DNA from: Sphaeroforma arctica JP610
Lineage: Eukaryota
Assembly: GCF_001186125.1 (NCBI RefSeq)
Contig: NW_014040397.1
Location: 78,941 to 130,569, forward strand
DNA: 51,629 nt
Direction: 5' to 3'
Part shown: positions 26,701 to 40,185 of the stretch, piece after piece
How positions within the stretch are numbered: position 1 is the stretch's first letter
Layout: every line of letters begins with the position of its first letter
Notes under the pieces: generated by a model
What the model saw: only the letters and a program-made list of their open reading frames with translations
What the model was told of the DNA's origin: nothing
The model's database searches: none
Translations under genes and position numbers: made by a program

Positions 26701-29700
26701 CGCTTGATGGGTCCGGAGTACTAGCCTCAACACTCGAACCAGCACCTCCCAACAACAGTGCACGCTTGTGAGCACCCGGTACACTCGCCAAGGGCGAACC
26801 CCCACTTGACAGCTCTTTGCTCGGGTCACCAGTACTTTTCGCCGAGTTGCTAGGCACAAGGACGGGCGTCACAGTAACAGGACTGGTCCTCCCCGCCGGT
26901 ATCGGGGTGCTGCCTCGTGTACAGCTCGCACTATGTCTCGCACTGAGCAGGCTGACTCGGGCTTTCTTGGCCTTGCTCTTATTCGCCAGTGTTCTCCGGG
27001 CTAACTCGGCCTTGAGATTCGCCAGTCGCTCGGCATGGGTCAGTGGAACACTGGCCACGTTCCTGTTAGTAGCGGCAACGGCCTCGTCGCTGCTGCTGTC
27101 CGTATCCGTATCGTCTGGGTACAGAACGGTGGGCTGGCGCAGGAACAATGGCTCGGGTGGGAACACAGCCCTCTTTACGGGGCGCAGGGTTGACCCAGTA
27201 CTCGTACTGGGGCCCTTTTTGTGAGGCATGCTTCCAGTCTGAGTTGCGTCGGGGATGGGTGTACGCGATCCCACCAGGGGTGCCGAAACCCCGCGTTGGG
27301 TCCGGGTCTGGGATTGTGTTTGGGATTGACTTGCTATTGCGTTCGCATTATTATTAACTGTACTTGCGGTTGTGGTGGCCGGTGGCAGTGCAGCAGTGGG
27401 GTGTTGGGCCTTGAGTCGATTGAGGAAGGCGGCTGCGTGGTTAACGCACGGGGTTTTTGCAGATGGTGGAACGGGTGATACTGAGCGGCTGAGCGAGCTC
27501 TGATTCGCTGCCGCAGGCACAGATGGATTCTGATTGGACACGCTACTTTCAGACGCATTCTGATTGGCGGGCGCGTCCTTGTCCGTGGTTGGCTTCTTGG
27601 CCTTTTTCGCCAGTAGCTGGGCTCGCAACGCGTTTATGTCCAACCCAATCATCTGTTGCTGTGCTTTCTTGCGTTTAACGATGGTTTCCATGGCTTTCGC
27701 GCGCAGTTTATCTAGGTCAACTGAAGACGCGGATATCGGCTTCTTCACGGAATCGACGGCCTACGGGGCGTGTGAAGTGAGATAGGATTTGCGAACGTTT
27801 CGGAATATACATGTATATATAAGCCAGTGCCACCTTACGAATTGAAAGCTAGGTCTCCGAATGTTTATACCACGAAGATGCGTCAATTGGTATATTAACA
27901 GAAATGGCCGCCTACTTAGGACGTATGGAAGATAATAAATATAATTGACCGAAACTGAATGACTGAAGAACATATCACTTATCGGATTGTGCGATGAGTT
28001 TTCCCAATGCAAACATGTGATACAATCTAAATAGATTCCTCGATAAATATATACACGACCGTGAATCTGACAAATAACTTTAACGTAGTTTTTAAATCCT
28101 ACGCACAACACTCAATTGCGAAATTCTATAATATTACACCTCAAAAAATATACATACTAAACTTCAAACGAAAGAAGCTTGCCAAGACATACACAAACAG
28201 CGCGACTATACGAAACTCATATTGCAAAAACAAACTCAACGATCGCATGGGTATCATACACTACAAAACATGTCTGGAATTTCAGCATTGGCATACACTG
28301 AACGCAATCCACACCCAGCGCTGGGCTGGCGTATTCAAAACTAATATCTATACCGGTGACGCAACGCTTGTCGATGTGTGGTTAGGCTCGGCTGTCGAGG
28401 GTATAGTGGGTCTGGGTGCAGCAGGATATATTTCGATGGCAACAGGTGGACTTCTCTCGTCCTCTGAACTCATTTCCATGTCTTCTGATTGGATGATATC
28501 GTCTTGGTGCACTTTCACCTCGCCATTGGCGGCAGTTGATTGGACGACAGGTTGAGTGTCGCTATTGGTGGATTCTGATTGAGGCTCGGCGGGCTTAACG
28601 GGTTCTATCGACATCCAGAAAGGAGGAAAAGAATCGCGCCCGAGTTAAAACTCGACCTTACTAGATATCAACAAGGCGCGCTGTGCTAGTAACCAACAAT
28701 CAGCATACATCCAGCTGCAGGTTTTTCAATATTTACACGCGCACACACACTCACTCGAGTGAACGTTCACGCACGTATACACACCGACCCAGACGTGACG
28801 CTGAACAAGCTTTATCGAGATAACCAACTACCAAATATGATCCATGAGCTTGCCATAGCACAACACGCGAGCGACTTCCACAATAACATATAGAGTATAG
28901 GACTAGTTTGATTACCTTTCCCTTCAACTGGAGGGGATGGTAAGTTGGGCATCAACTGCCCAGTGATTAAGTCCTCCACTACAAGTCCGTTCTCCGACGC
29001 AATACTCTTGAGATCAAGTGTCGAAGCTGAATAGGGCATTTCACAGGACAAAGTTCCCTCGACAATGGCCGAGGCCGCGTCACATTTTATACCCGAGCCA
29101 AACATAACGGGTGAGCTTTTGTGCTTCTTTGTGAGGGTCTCCAAATGATCGTTATCTGTGACGGGTTTAGCAGGCGGTGTGCAATTAAGACATTGTGCGA
29201 GCAATTTAGGCGATCTTTTTTCTGAGGTCTTCTGAGGGATCGTTATTTATAGCAATGGACTAAAAACGAGCGGCCAAGGGAATGCCCCTCATTGAAGTGA
29301 ACACAATAAGAAAAATATGCAGGTTTAGGCTAGTACTCACTCTTCTCTCAACCTCAAGCCTGTACACCATTGCAATAAAATAAAATCTTCAGAACATACA
29401 GGTTTTCGGGTTTTACAGGCAGAAGCATTGAGGAGATACGGCCCGTGCTTTATGTATAAATTTGAACACCTGAATGAACCGAGTAATTTAAACTGCCCAC
29501 CGAACAACAGGTCACAGACAGCACATCCCTATGAAGGGAGACTTTCATGCTTTATATAATATTGGTACAAGCAAGCGTGTAGCCGCTATACTCTGACCCT
29601 TTCGGGACACGTGCCTGACTATCACACATAATACTTGAAACACGATCTATTCATATACCACAAGTTAGTACTTATCCACAGGAACACCAGAGCTAGCACA

Positions 29701-31965
29701 CCTCGTTGATGACAGAATCTCCCGCTTTCCACAACATTTGTACTAGCAAGCATATAGCAGCTAACCCTGCTCACTTCGAAATACCACTTTGGATAGCCCC
29801 ATACCAATAAAGACACAATCAATCGCTTCAAGGACAGCATATTCAAACAATTCCATACAGATATAATTATAGGAAGACGACTTCTAAGAACCACACCTTT
29901 GAATAATTCCATGCCGAAAAACACATGATCCTTCGGCACGAAAGCCTTGTTCTGGAAAACGGTATCCTCCGCAACACCGGACCTTTTTTCCGAATCGGAG
30001 TGCAGCCTGCTCCGCCTGTTTGACCGGGTAGGACTGGAGTCCCGTCTCTGCGTACTTGCTGAGCGTACACGGGTGTGGGTGTGTGCATACCCATCCCTCG
30101 ACCTATACAGCCCAGTATCAGAATCTCTGCTGATTCGAGAGGCCCTGTCTCTGTCTCTCGGGCCGCTTTTTGCTGCATTCTGAGCCAAGCCCTGCAAGCG
30201 CTGGTGTGAGTGCAGAGAGGCGTAAGACCCATACTGACCATCCCCTACATCCAATACATTCTCCCTGTCTCTCTCTAACCCAAACGAATTCGTACTACGA
30301 ACCGTGCTTGCACGTTTCCGTTGCGCTTCTCGCTTTTTTTGGCCCGCAGAAACCACAGGAATGCCCTCGAACCCTTCAGGCGCACGCATAGCCAAGGGAT
30401 GGCCTCCCAATACATCGGGCCCAGCCCCATTTGCCGATAGACTGGTACCCACGCCATACGTCGTGGTGGCAGAATCAGGCGTGTGTGTGGTAGTTACGGT
30501 CTCGTACGGGTCGAAAAATCCAAAACCCAGTTGATTGCGGTTATTGGTGTTGATGCCACTGATATTCACACCCGCACCCACACCCCAAGGACCAGACCCG
30601 GCTACTACTGATGTCTCGGCTATAGACTGTGAGCGCGATACCACGTGCGAGGATGCACGAGATAGACGGTGGTTTCCAGGCCCATTTAAAGACCCGATTG
30701 AATCGAAGAAATCCCTACGGTTCTGGTTTTGTTGGCTGGTCGAGTGTTGTCTTCGGTTGTTATGTGTGGAGTGAAAATCGTCGCGTTGTTCGGCGAGGGC
30801 AGCTGAGCGCCCGTGGTTTCGTAGAAGCTCTTCATATTCATCGACTTTGTCTGTGGAAGTGGGTACACCGGAAGGGTAGTGAGTAGGGGAGCGAGTGAGA
30901 AAACACAAACGGTATATATATATACACTTTTATGAATATACTTATATATATATATCTATATATTATATCACAATTCAATAAAAAACATTTGTATTTTTGT
31001 ATATAACAAACATATATATATATATATATATCCATTTAAACGAATGTATACTATACGTGTATAAAATCAACACACTCAGCCACACCCAAACAGCCACACC
31101 CATATATATATATATATATATAGATTTACGTTCGCTTACATATAGCATATATACATATATACACGTGTATTATATTATTTTATAGGCTGATTGTGCATAT
31201 AGTTGTAAAATACCGCTGTGATAAAGAAGGCCACAATTCAATCTTCTGGGAGAGAAAAAATAGAACTCTCACATGGTCTTATGAGACACATACAAAAACA
31301 CACGACGAAGAACTTCCACAATAGCATTAATACATAACATCAAGTAGGTACACACCCTCGTCAGCAGCGATGTTCCATAGCGATCGAGAGCCTCTACTCC
31401 TATAAGCGCTCGCGTCACTGTCCCTCGCATCAGCCCGTGTATTACTTAGATCCGTATGTGTATGTGTATATATATGTGCACTCTCAGATACTTCATTTGT
31501 TGCACCGGAATTTCTCAAAGCATCACCCACTTCCACATTATCTTCACCGTAGTCACTGAGCTCGCCTTCTTCGCTGCTGCTGGTAGCGTCGCCCGCCGCC
31601 ACATTCTGACTCATATTTTTATTTATAGGCCCACTTGACTTAGGCGTCTTCCTATTATTTATACTTGCATTTACTGCAACTGCCCGGGTTAACGCAAGTA
31701 TTTTCGCCGTGTTTGTGGTTGCATTCACTTCGACAAGTTTAGTCGTTCTTACACTCTTATCGATACCTACACTCTCATCACACCCAGAGGACTTCGCAGT
31801 AGCATCTGTAGCATATGTATTCAGATTATTCAACCCCTGTAATCGAGAGTTACTAATCTGTTTACAGTCACTCCCAGTTGTTCTACTGTTAGCACTTGGT
31901 TCGGCCGAACTAGACTTGTACGATTTAGCAGTATGACTATGTTCAGATGCACCGGCACTCAGCAT
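17778..31965 (-). CDS. ZFC3H1: ZFC3H1/Red1-like zinc-finger and HAT-repeat nuclear exosome adaptor, about 16 exons, about 2700 aa by exon-length tally
   Basis: N-terminal SEEGELSD. Signature YESPLRMFKSYRFVPFYRTKANLSIASNTYSHKIDPMKMFCMKELEGKVCRSSTCRAQHVKDY (spliced 24.5 kb to 24.2 kb; C3H1 finger). HAT-like LHVLSRGLELNRDSESLWIEYL. C-terminal SLPLCAALWQDWLDFE..ARGV matching the ZFC3H1 end. Approximate exons: 31965-31356, 30850-29897, 29221-28916, 28605-28354, 27760-26383, 25925-25678, 25500-24964, 24661-24439, 24204-23850, 23550-23397, 23272-22883, 22721-20699, 19884-19668, 19202-19062, 18717-18578, 18076-17778. Phases were checked at several junctions; some boundaries are approximate. Confidence 0.88.
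18076..18390 (-). repeat. About 4.5 tandem copies of a 69-71 bp unit containing the branch point and 3' splice site of the last ZFC3H1 coding exon
   Basis: Unit cctgagtagaaggtataagtgatacaattagggg.. starts at about 18076, 18147, 18216 and 18285, with a partial copy at 18351. On - it reads ctaac/ctaat...ccttctactcag|g. Confidence 0.9.
20164..20448. repeat. Two near-identical intronic direct repeats, period about 150 bp
   Basis: tatatcgacatacatacatgtcctggctggtagtg...catctccacaccacctt begins at 20164 and again at 20313. Confidence 0.9.
20520..20697. repeat. 45-bp tandem repeat x4 abutting a ZFC3H1 donor site
   Basis: atc(c/t)caaatctctatacacac at about 20541, 20586, 20631 and 20676. The last copy contains the minus-strand donor cag|gtgtgtgt. 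Confidence 0.9.
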
Positions 31966-32615
31966 ACTATGGGCTGTAATAGCAATGCGATATGTATTGT
32001 GATGATATGAGATAGGTATGGTTTAATCTCTTGCTGCTGTGTATGTTATACGTGTAAGTATGTATGTATGTATGTATTCATGTACATCATATAATACACA
32101 GGAAGTACGTGTATGTCCCTATACTCTCATATACGTGATGTACAAATAGTGGCGTCACTGTGGCGGATGGTTGCTATTGCGCGTGTGGGCAAATGTTTGG
32201 GCCGTGCCAAATAGCGCGTGACAAAATAAGCAAATTTTCGAGGTCAACGACATGTACAATATTTTTTTCTTATAGTGCAAGCTTACTGATGCATACTGGT
32301 AATAAACATCTAGTAGAAATTAAAAAACAAAGTTACAGTCGATTTTCAGGGTAACATAATTGAGAAAATATAGTTTAAAACATGTACTATTGTGTGTCGG
32401 AAACTATCTCATTTGGCTCGCGTGCTCTCAAATCGCCTCACAGCTGCAACATGTTGCTTCTGATAGATGTTAGCTTCTTATCCGAGATATATATCGTTTG
32501 TAGACCCTAAAAAGTGATAGTATTATTGCTCTCTCTCTATATATATATACATATACATAAGCTTGTGAGCGTGTAGTGATACACACAGCGCAAGCGCTAT
32601 ATATATATATATAAA
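31966..32615. promoter_or_regulatory. Probable bidirectional promoter region between ZFC3H1 (-) and ZNF207 (+)
   Basis: Predicted start codons diverge about 650 bp apart; no specific element assigned. Confidence 0.5.
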
Positions 32616-33231
32616 ATGGGGAAGAAGAAAAAATCGAAACCTCAAAAACCATGGTGCTACTACTGCGACCGCGAGTTTGACGATGAGAAGGTGCTGATTA
32701 TGCACCAGAAAGCAAAGCATTTCAAATGTATTGTGTGTAGTAAGAAGCTCAATACGGCGGGTGGTATGGTTATACATTGTATGCAAGTCCATAAAGAACA
32801 AGTCAAGAGTGTGCCTAATGCGAAGGAGGGTAGGACGTCCGTGGACTTAGAGGTGTTTGGAATGGAAGGTATACCGGCTTCTGCGTTGCAACAAAAAGCG
32901 GGTAAGTCGAGTGCAGATAAGGTTCAACAAATGGTATTCTAAGCTTTGGGGTTTTTTTTGCTGGTTATGGCTGTCATGAATACCTATATACCTATATATA
33001 TATACCTATATATATATATATATATGCATATACAGACATACATACATACATACATACATGCACAAACACACAAACACACACACACACACACACACACATA
33101 TTATATATATATATATATATATATAATATAATATATATATAACTATANAATATACATATATATATATATAGGTATAGTATATTATACTAANAGTATANNN
33201 NNNNNNNNNNNNNNNNNTATATATATATATA

Positions 33232-33286
<55 letters not shown>

Positions 33287-35407
33287 CATGTACGTATATA
33301 TATATATATATATATATAAATATGTGTTCTTCACACGGACACATGCTATGTATATCTCTTTGCGTTCGCTACGATTCTTAGATAATATTATATATTTACC
33401 ACTTGTTCGACAATAATCAATGCTTTTTCCGATTATATGCATATGAAAATCGGAATGGGAGACATCGGAATGCTGTGCAGATACTATCGTTGCTGACTGT
33501 GTTATAGACGGATGTAGTCGTTGAAGCTCTGTTTATCGAGTGTTTTTTTTCCGAATTAATGCCAAATATTGTAATTACGCAATCAAACATATTCACAGTC
33601 GAACGAGGATTGGCACCACAAGACGGCCCGGAGCAGAAGAAACAAAAACTTGATTCTCCCGGGCCCAATGCACAACAGTCTAACTATGGAATGCCACAGA
33701 TGCAACAACCAATGAATACGCAGCATATGAGCATGCCACCGCAGCAGATGTACGGCATGAATCCCCAAATGCAGCAAGGGTATGTATGTCTTCAGGGCGT
33801 TTGTGGAGTACACTAGCAATTTTTTTATGGGAAAATACAGATCTCCGATGAATCATATAGTCAGTTCGCAACATATGCGCGTATAGATGAGTTTTACGAT
33901 AGGGGTCATGTATGCGTGCTGATCATTTATTGGGGACTGACATGTATCTATAGGAGAGTGCTGCTGTGATATGATAAACGCAGTTTATGCACTCGGTGTG
34001 TTTGTGGGAACTTTTCTAACGGTAAATCATTTGCCTCCAGATACAACCCGTACATGCAAATGCCTGGTCAAATGCCTGGTCAACCGATGCAAATGCCTGG
34101 ATATATGGGACAAATGGGACAAATGGGGGGCCATATGATGGGTCACATGGGCGCACCCGGAATGGGGCCACCAGGACCGATGAATGGAGGCCGACCGATG
34201 GGTAAGTAGTTGTTGGTAGTAAGCCAAATCTAGTTGATTGTGTGCGTTGGTCTGTATTGGCATGATATTCGCATTGAATACATGATCTATGAGGCTCCTG
34301 GTTGTCATCAGACAAGAACCTCACATAAAACATTTTACTGTCAACTCTAGGTATGGGCATGCCAGGGCAAATGGGACAAATGGGCCCTCCTCCTAATCAG
34401 CCACCCAATACCGGTATGAACCAAAACTCAAATACCGGTTCGCCGAACTCAGCTCCAGGAGGACCACACCCAGGCCAAAGCCCAGGCTCGAACCCAATGA
34501 ACCAACAAAGTCAGACTCGTACGTCTTTGGCCGCGGATGGATCTACCAGAGGGTCTGTTGGTGCGGGTAGCGCCCCAGGACAGTCACAGAACGGGCCGCC
34601 GGGTGCGTCTGTAGATAGCTCAGCAGGTAATGATCGTATCTATGTTCAAATATATCTTTAGACTTCTTTGTTTACGTACATGGTTTGCGTGAGGGATAGT
34701 CTATATGTTCTTACCGTATTTATGTAGTGATAACTCATGGTGCATTATCGCTGGGGAACAATGGATCTGTGGCTAGCTCAGCAGGTGTCTACCTACAGAA
34801 TTGGATCTCGGATTTACGTTCATCCCAGTCTTTGTTTTTTTGTATGTATACGCGATATATTTCTAGTGCGTACGATGTCGCTGAAGAAGAGTGTGCGGTC
34901 AGCCAAACAAATACTTTCAAATGTATCTGCGGCTTGTATATAAACAGATAAACCCTAATCTAGTACTATGAGTGTGTAGTATTGATTTTGTTGTCCAAAC
35001 CAATTCATAAAGGGGCCAACCGGGGACCAGTGCATATATAGTCAGTCTAGGGCACATAGATGTACACAGGAACAATTTTCTGCTAGAAGACTGTTACAGC
35101 CCACACCTACCAAAGCCTCCGTCACATGCCTCCCTACACACGGATACACATGATGTATACCAGTCCCATTCGAGAGTATTCGAACCGTCCCACGCTTTTC
35201 TACATACCGTATGTATGCGTTTGAGTGTATGCGAATCTCATTGAGTGCTGGGTTTCGTTAACAGATGGTTCCGGGACGTCCCAAAAACCTGTAGTACCTT
35301 CTGGTAGCAGTGCACCTGCACCCGGTTCTTCCGGACCGGGACAGGGTGCAAATGGCCCGCCTTCAATCTATTATACACAAGGGCAAGGAGGTAAGGTCGT
35401 GAGATAT

Positions 35408-35459
<52 letters not shown>

Positions 35460-38222
35460 GCATATATATATATATATATCACAAGTTTCATCTGAGTGTC
35501 CAAGTTTAGTACTCGTTGTATTCAAACTCGAAGCATTCAAGCAAAACATTGAATATCACGTTCCCATTCTTGATCCCAATCTCGTATGCTGTCTCATCGC
35601 TTACCTACCGGCCCTCCCTCAGGCATAAATGGACCTCCTCCTGGTATGAACGGCCCCAATTCTGGCAGAAACGGGCCCCCACCAGGCATGAATGGCCCAC
35701 CTCCGGGTATGAACGGTCCACCTCCTGGTATGAACGGTCCACCTCCAGGCTATCGTGGAGACCCCAACTTCAGGCCAAATGGCCCCCCTCCGAGAATGGG
35801 GGGCATGTACAACGGCCCTCCAGGGCAACAACGGTCCTCCCCGGGACCACCACCCTCGGTAAGTTTACGTATATATGGATATGTAGTCTTTTTCTACTTG
35901 TTTGGGTGTGTGCATTTGTGTGTATATATGCATGTACTCGTAGGCATGCCTGGGGAAGCACGTGGTACGGACTTGCGACATGTTTTAGAATATTAGCGCG
36001 CTTTAATATGAAGCTATACCTGGTATAAGTTCAGAAATGTAGGCATGCGTGAGTGTTCCCATATATACCGCTCGAATTTGTATGGTCATGTGCATCCAGA
36101 GTTGTACCGAACGTCACTATAGCAGAGCCATTCAATACACACCCCTCCCTCATGCAACCGAACCCGCTCGTGGTCAGCAAGCCGTTTATAATTGGAAGGG
36201 GATTGTTATAGCGGCGATCATTTAAGAGGATGTTGTAGATGATATGGCTTGCTGGAACTAGAACTGAAAGTCTTTTTACCAGCCCATGGACTGCAAGCCA
36301 TGCACCAAAGCATTCACTCATACGGCCGGTCCTTTTTTTTCACTTAACAGGGCGGCCCTCCCCCGGCATTTGGGGCCTACTCCGCCGCGCCTTCGGGACC
36401 ACCGCCCGCGTTCCAGGCGTACACCAAGGAGGAGCCTGCAGGTAAGTACTTCTTGACTAAGCTTAATGTAGATACTGCTTGACTAAGCTTAATGTAGAGC
36501 GATCCAGGTTGATAGGATTGTTATGTTATAACCTGCTGTGAGCAAACTGACGCATTGCCCAACTGCTCTGTCTATACATCCCTCTTGTAAATATATCCAG
36601 TACTCGTTCGTCAGCCGCTCCTTTACTGCCTATCGACAGAAGTTGTACACCACTTTAACTACTCAGTCAGAACTCCGCTATCTTGTATATCGACAAACTC
36701 GCGGTGCATCTGTGAGCTCTCGCTCTCTCTGCCATTCAATGATACGTTCACTTTTTTTTATACATCATCTTGAGCCCCTTCTTTCGCCCGTTCCTATCCA
36801 TCTACTGACTCACGTTCTGTCCATCTCTATCATTTCCACCAGTGCCTCCTTGTCTATCTATTGACATACTGTTTGTGCTTCTCTATCCTTGACGACTTCA
36901 ATTTCCTCACCACCTTTCTTATTGGTTTACTATCACACTATTTGACACATCTTTCCTATAAGTCGGACCTTTTTACTACCTTCCTTTTCCGTTTACCACC
37001 ATACATATTGTACATCTCTATCCCATTCGTCTTGAAGCCCCGTTTTCTAACATACTTTCTGCACATAAGTATCCTGTACATCGTCAACATTCTTACAACC
37101 TTCCGTATCCGTTTACTTATATCTTCTGCAAATACCTATCCTGTACATCGTCAACCTCCTGACCACCTTCCTTATCCGTTTACTATCCTTATCCGTTTGC
37201 TAACATATCTTTTGCACATATCTATCCTGTACATCGTCAACCTCCTGACCACTTTCCTTGTCTGTTTACTATCCGTATTCGTTTACTATCCTTATCTGTT
37301 TACTAACATACCTCTCCATCATCTGCACCAGTCCCTGGCAGTGCCGCGCCGGCTCCTGTGCGAGCAACTACACCGCCCGTAGGCCCTCCGGTGCTGAAGG
37401 ATAGCAAGCTCATCTTCTGGCACGCAGATAAATCAATGGTATGTCAAAACGTTAAAGCGTCTTGTTATATGCGTGTTTGGCGAGTGGTAATGGGTTTGTC
37501 GAACTGGGTTTTACGCTATGGGATGGTATGTCAAACGTAAAAGTGTCTGTCGGTACGTTTTGAGTGGGTAGGAAAATTTTGTTAAACTGTTTTGACACTG
37601 CCAATGTGCAAGTGACTGACAATGCGTTTGTAGTGAGTGTGAATAGGTTTATTTGAACTGTTTTCGCACTATGGGATGGTATGTCAAGCGTAAAAGAGTC
37701 AATAAGTTGTTGACGAGTGTGAATAGGTTTGTCGAACTGTTTGGTTCTTGTAAGTCAATACTATAGAGGCAACTATCACTAGCCACGATGAGGAACATTA
37801 GTATGCGATGAGTAGAATAAACTATCTGTGGATAGAGGGCCATGCGTGCACGCTTACTTACATCATCGATAAGTATATACACATTGATATTTGAAGAGTG
37901 GGAGCTCTTTCAGTATGCTATGTTAGTGCCATAAAGTCGCCGCTAGCCCACAGAGTGTTTATATTATCATTCACTGCCAATCGAAAGCGTATATATTATG
38001 GCATGTGTAAAGTGAGAAGCCTTCTAATCGAGCGTAAAAGTGTTGGAAGTCCGTTCCTATCCCTCATCTTTATATATATATATTTATCTGTATGTGTATA
38101 TATGTATATATATATATATTACCATCTTTATATTTTTTAAGGAGGAGGTTCGAGCCGAGCTACCTCAGTACGGAATGAATCTTGCAGAGATCAGCAGTGG
38201 TCCCCAGCCAGCCGCCATGTGA
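32616..38222 (+). CDS. ZNF207: ZNF207/BUGZ (BUB3-interacting GLEBS-motif zinc finger); exons 32616-32901, 33599-33779, 34041-34201, 34351-34626, 35265-35390, 35623-35858, 36351-36441, 37332-37438, 38142-38222
   Basis: N-terminus [70 protein letters not shown]. Long P/G/M/Q low-complexity middle with GPPPGMN repeats. C-terminal GLEBS-like [22 protein letters not shown]. All junctions are GT-AG and phase-compatible. Confidence 0.95.
32985..33325. repeat. Compound (TA)n/(CA)n microsatellite with N gaps, ZNF207 intron 1
   Basis: Direct observation. Confidence 0.9.
37040..37331 (+). repeat. Degenerate intronic repeat (atcctgtacatcgtcaacctcctgaccac..tatccgtttactaacata) preceding a ZNF207 acceptor
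   Basis: atcctgtacatcgtcaac recurs at about 37070, 37137 and 37224; several ctaac branch-like motifs. Confidence 0.8.
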
Positions 38223-39480
38223 ACAGAGACTACCGGAGTGTGTTTGCATCTGACAGGCGAGTGTACCATGCGGTAGGTCGACGTGCTCATCGCGACAAGG
38301 TAAATTAGTGGGCAATTGCTGGTGAATTAGTTCTACACTATTAATATAAACCAAACGACCACGCACCGTGGGGAGAACAATTTGGGCCTTGAATGCCCTG
38401 ATGCGGCCTTCACTGGTTGATACTTACACTACACACAGCATTTAGTCGTATGTGGGTGGATTGGATAGGCGCTTGAACCTGCTGAATAGTATGGGTCCGG
38501 TGTCAAGGCACGTGCAGTGTTTAATGGAGAACGCTCTGTTGCGTCATCATCGGCGTCGTCGTCGACAAGTACTTGCTTATTTAGTAGTATCGAATATGCA
38601 ACAGCACCATCCATGGGGATTCCAATACAAACAATAAAGTTATGTAAGAAACTATGTGCTTCGGAATTTGAACTATGAACCGAGTTAGAGAGGAAAATCA
38701 CAAATTGGATAGGGGTGTCTCAAAATGGCAGAATGGGAATGGGATTTCCTTCCGATGACATCCGCAAGTTATGTTGGACTGCTTATCGATTGCATTTTGC
38801 GTGGATGAAGTATGAGGAACCCGAAATTAGGAAGGAGAAAGAAGGATTGGATTATATCTCACCGCTATTCGATTGCGCTTTGGATGGATAAAGTATGAGA
38901 AATTCGAAATGGGATGACAAAAGAGGATTGGATTTAATCACGCTGCTTATCCACTGCGCCTGGGATGGATCAAGTATGTCAAAGTCGTATGTGGCGCAAC
39001 TGAGATTCTTTCTTTCATCGTTCAGGATATGAATATACACGAGTGCACGGGATGGATACTTTGTTTCTATGGCCGCATGTTGGTCTTTGTTGCGTTATTC
39101 TAGTTTATTGATACCTATAAGTTGATACCTATAAGGGCGCAGGTTCGTAAGACAGGGAATGGACAGTATGTACAAGAATTTCTGTAGAAGTGTTTCTATA
39201 TGCACTCTCTAGAGTTGTGACATATACATAAATATACAGCGATGCCTTTGCAATTACATATGTACATTATGAATGTCTGGTTCACTACGTTTGGTGATAG
39301 ATTATTGCTGTGAGCTTTTCATACCGAGTATGTATGTATACAAATGCACCATACACTACCAGATGATGGGATATTTCTATCCAGGGTAAACAGACGAAGG
39401 CATTTTCAACCCGGAATATTCCGTAAATACTATACATTTAATATTACCCTTACGTGTACTGACACTATACGGATGTTGAA

Positions 39481-39511
39481 ATAGATATAAATATATATAT
39501 TATAAAAATGA

Positions 39512-39551
<40 letters not shown>

Positions 39552-39554
39552 TAT

Positions 39555-39614
<60 letters not shown>

Positions 39615-39641
39615 ATACACATAAATATTATCCATATTACT

Positions 39642-39680
<39 letters not shown>

Positions 39681-39682
39681 AT
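39481..39682. repeat. (TA)n/(CA)n tract, left boundary of the GTPase block
   Basis: Direct observation. Confidence 0.9.
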
Positions 39683-40185
39683 ACTCACTTATCAACATGG
39701 CCATACACATGTCTATTCGCACACACATAGACATACCAATCCACTTTGCCATACACGAGCCTGTTTACATTCCCATATACATATATATTGACATACTCAT
39801 GTACACATACCTATCCAGGCACGCATATAGCCATATATAATTACTTATTATATACGCATACGCACGAGTCCATGACTGAAAATTGAATACACTCAACAAG
39901 TGAATAGAAATAGGGACCTGGTCATTCTGAGCAATTTACACTAAATATTTAATTAACTCTTTGATCGGACGGTCTATTTAATGGACTCAAGTATAAGCAT
40001 TTCCCAACCCTATCTATACGCGAGTGCACCATATGGAAATTCAATTCAAGACTCAATCAAGTCGGCTTGCATAAAACGACTGCTTGTTTCTTCCGCCTGC
40101 AATAGACAGACTGTCAAGACTGCCTCCGACACTTCACTACCAGGGCCATCCGACCAGGGGGGGTTAATACGCATATATGTAGATT

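Noticed and set aside
36861..37382. 173-aa hydrophobic ORF
   Set aside because: Translation of a pyrimidine-rich intronic repeat in ZNF207.
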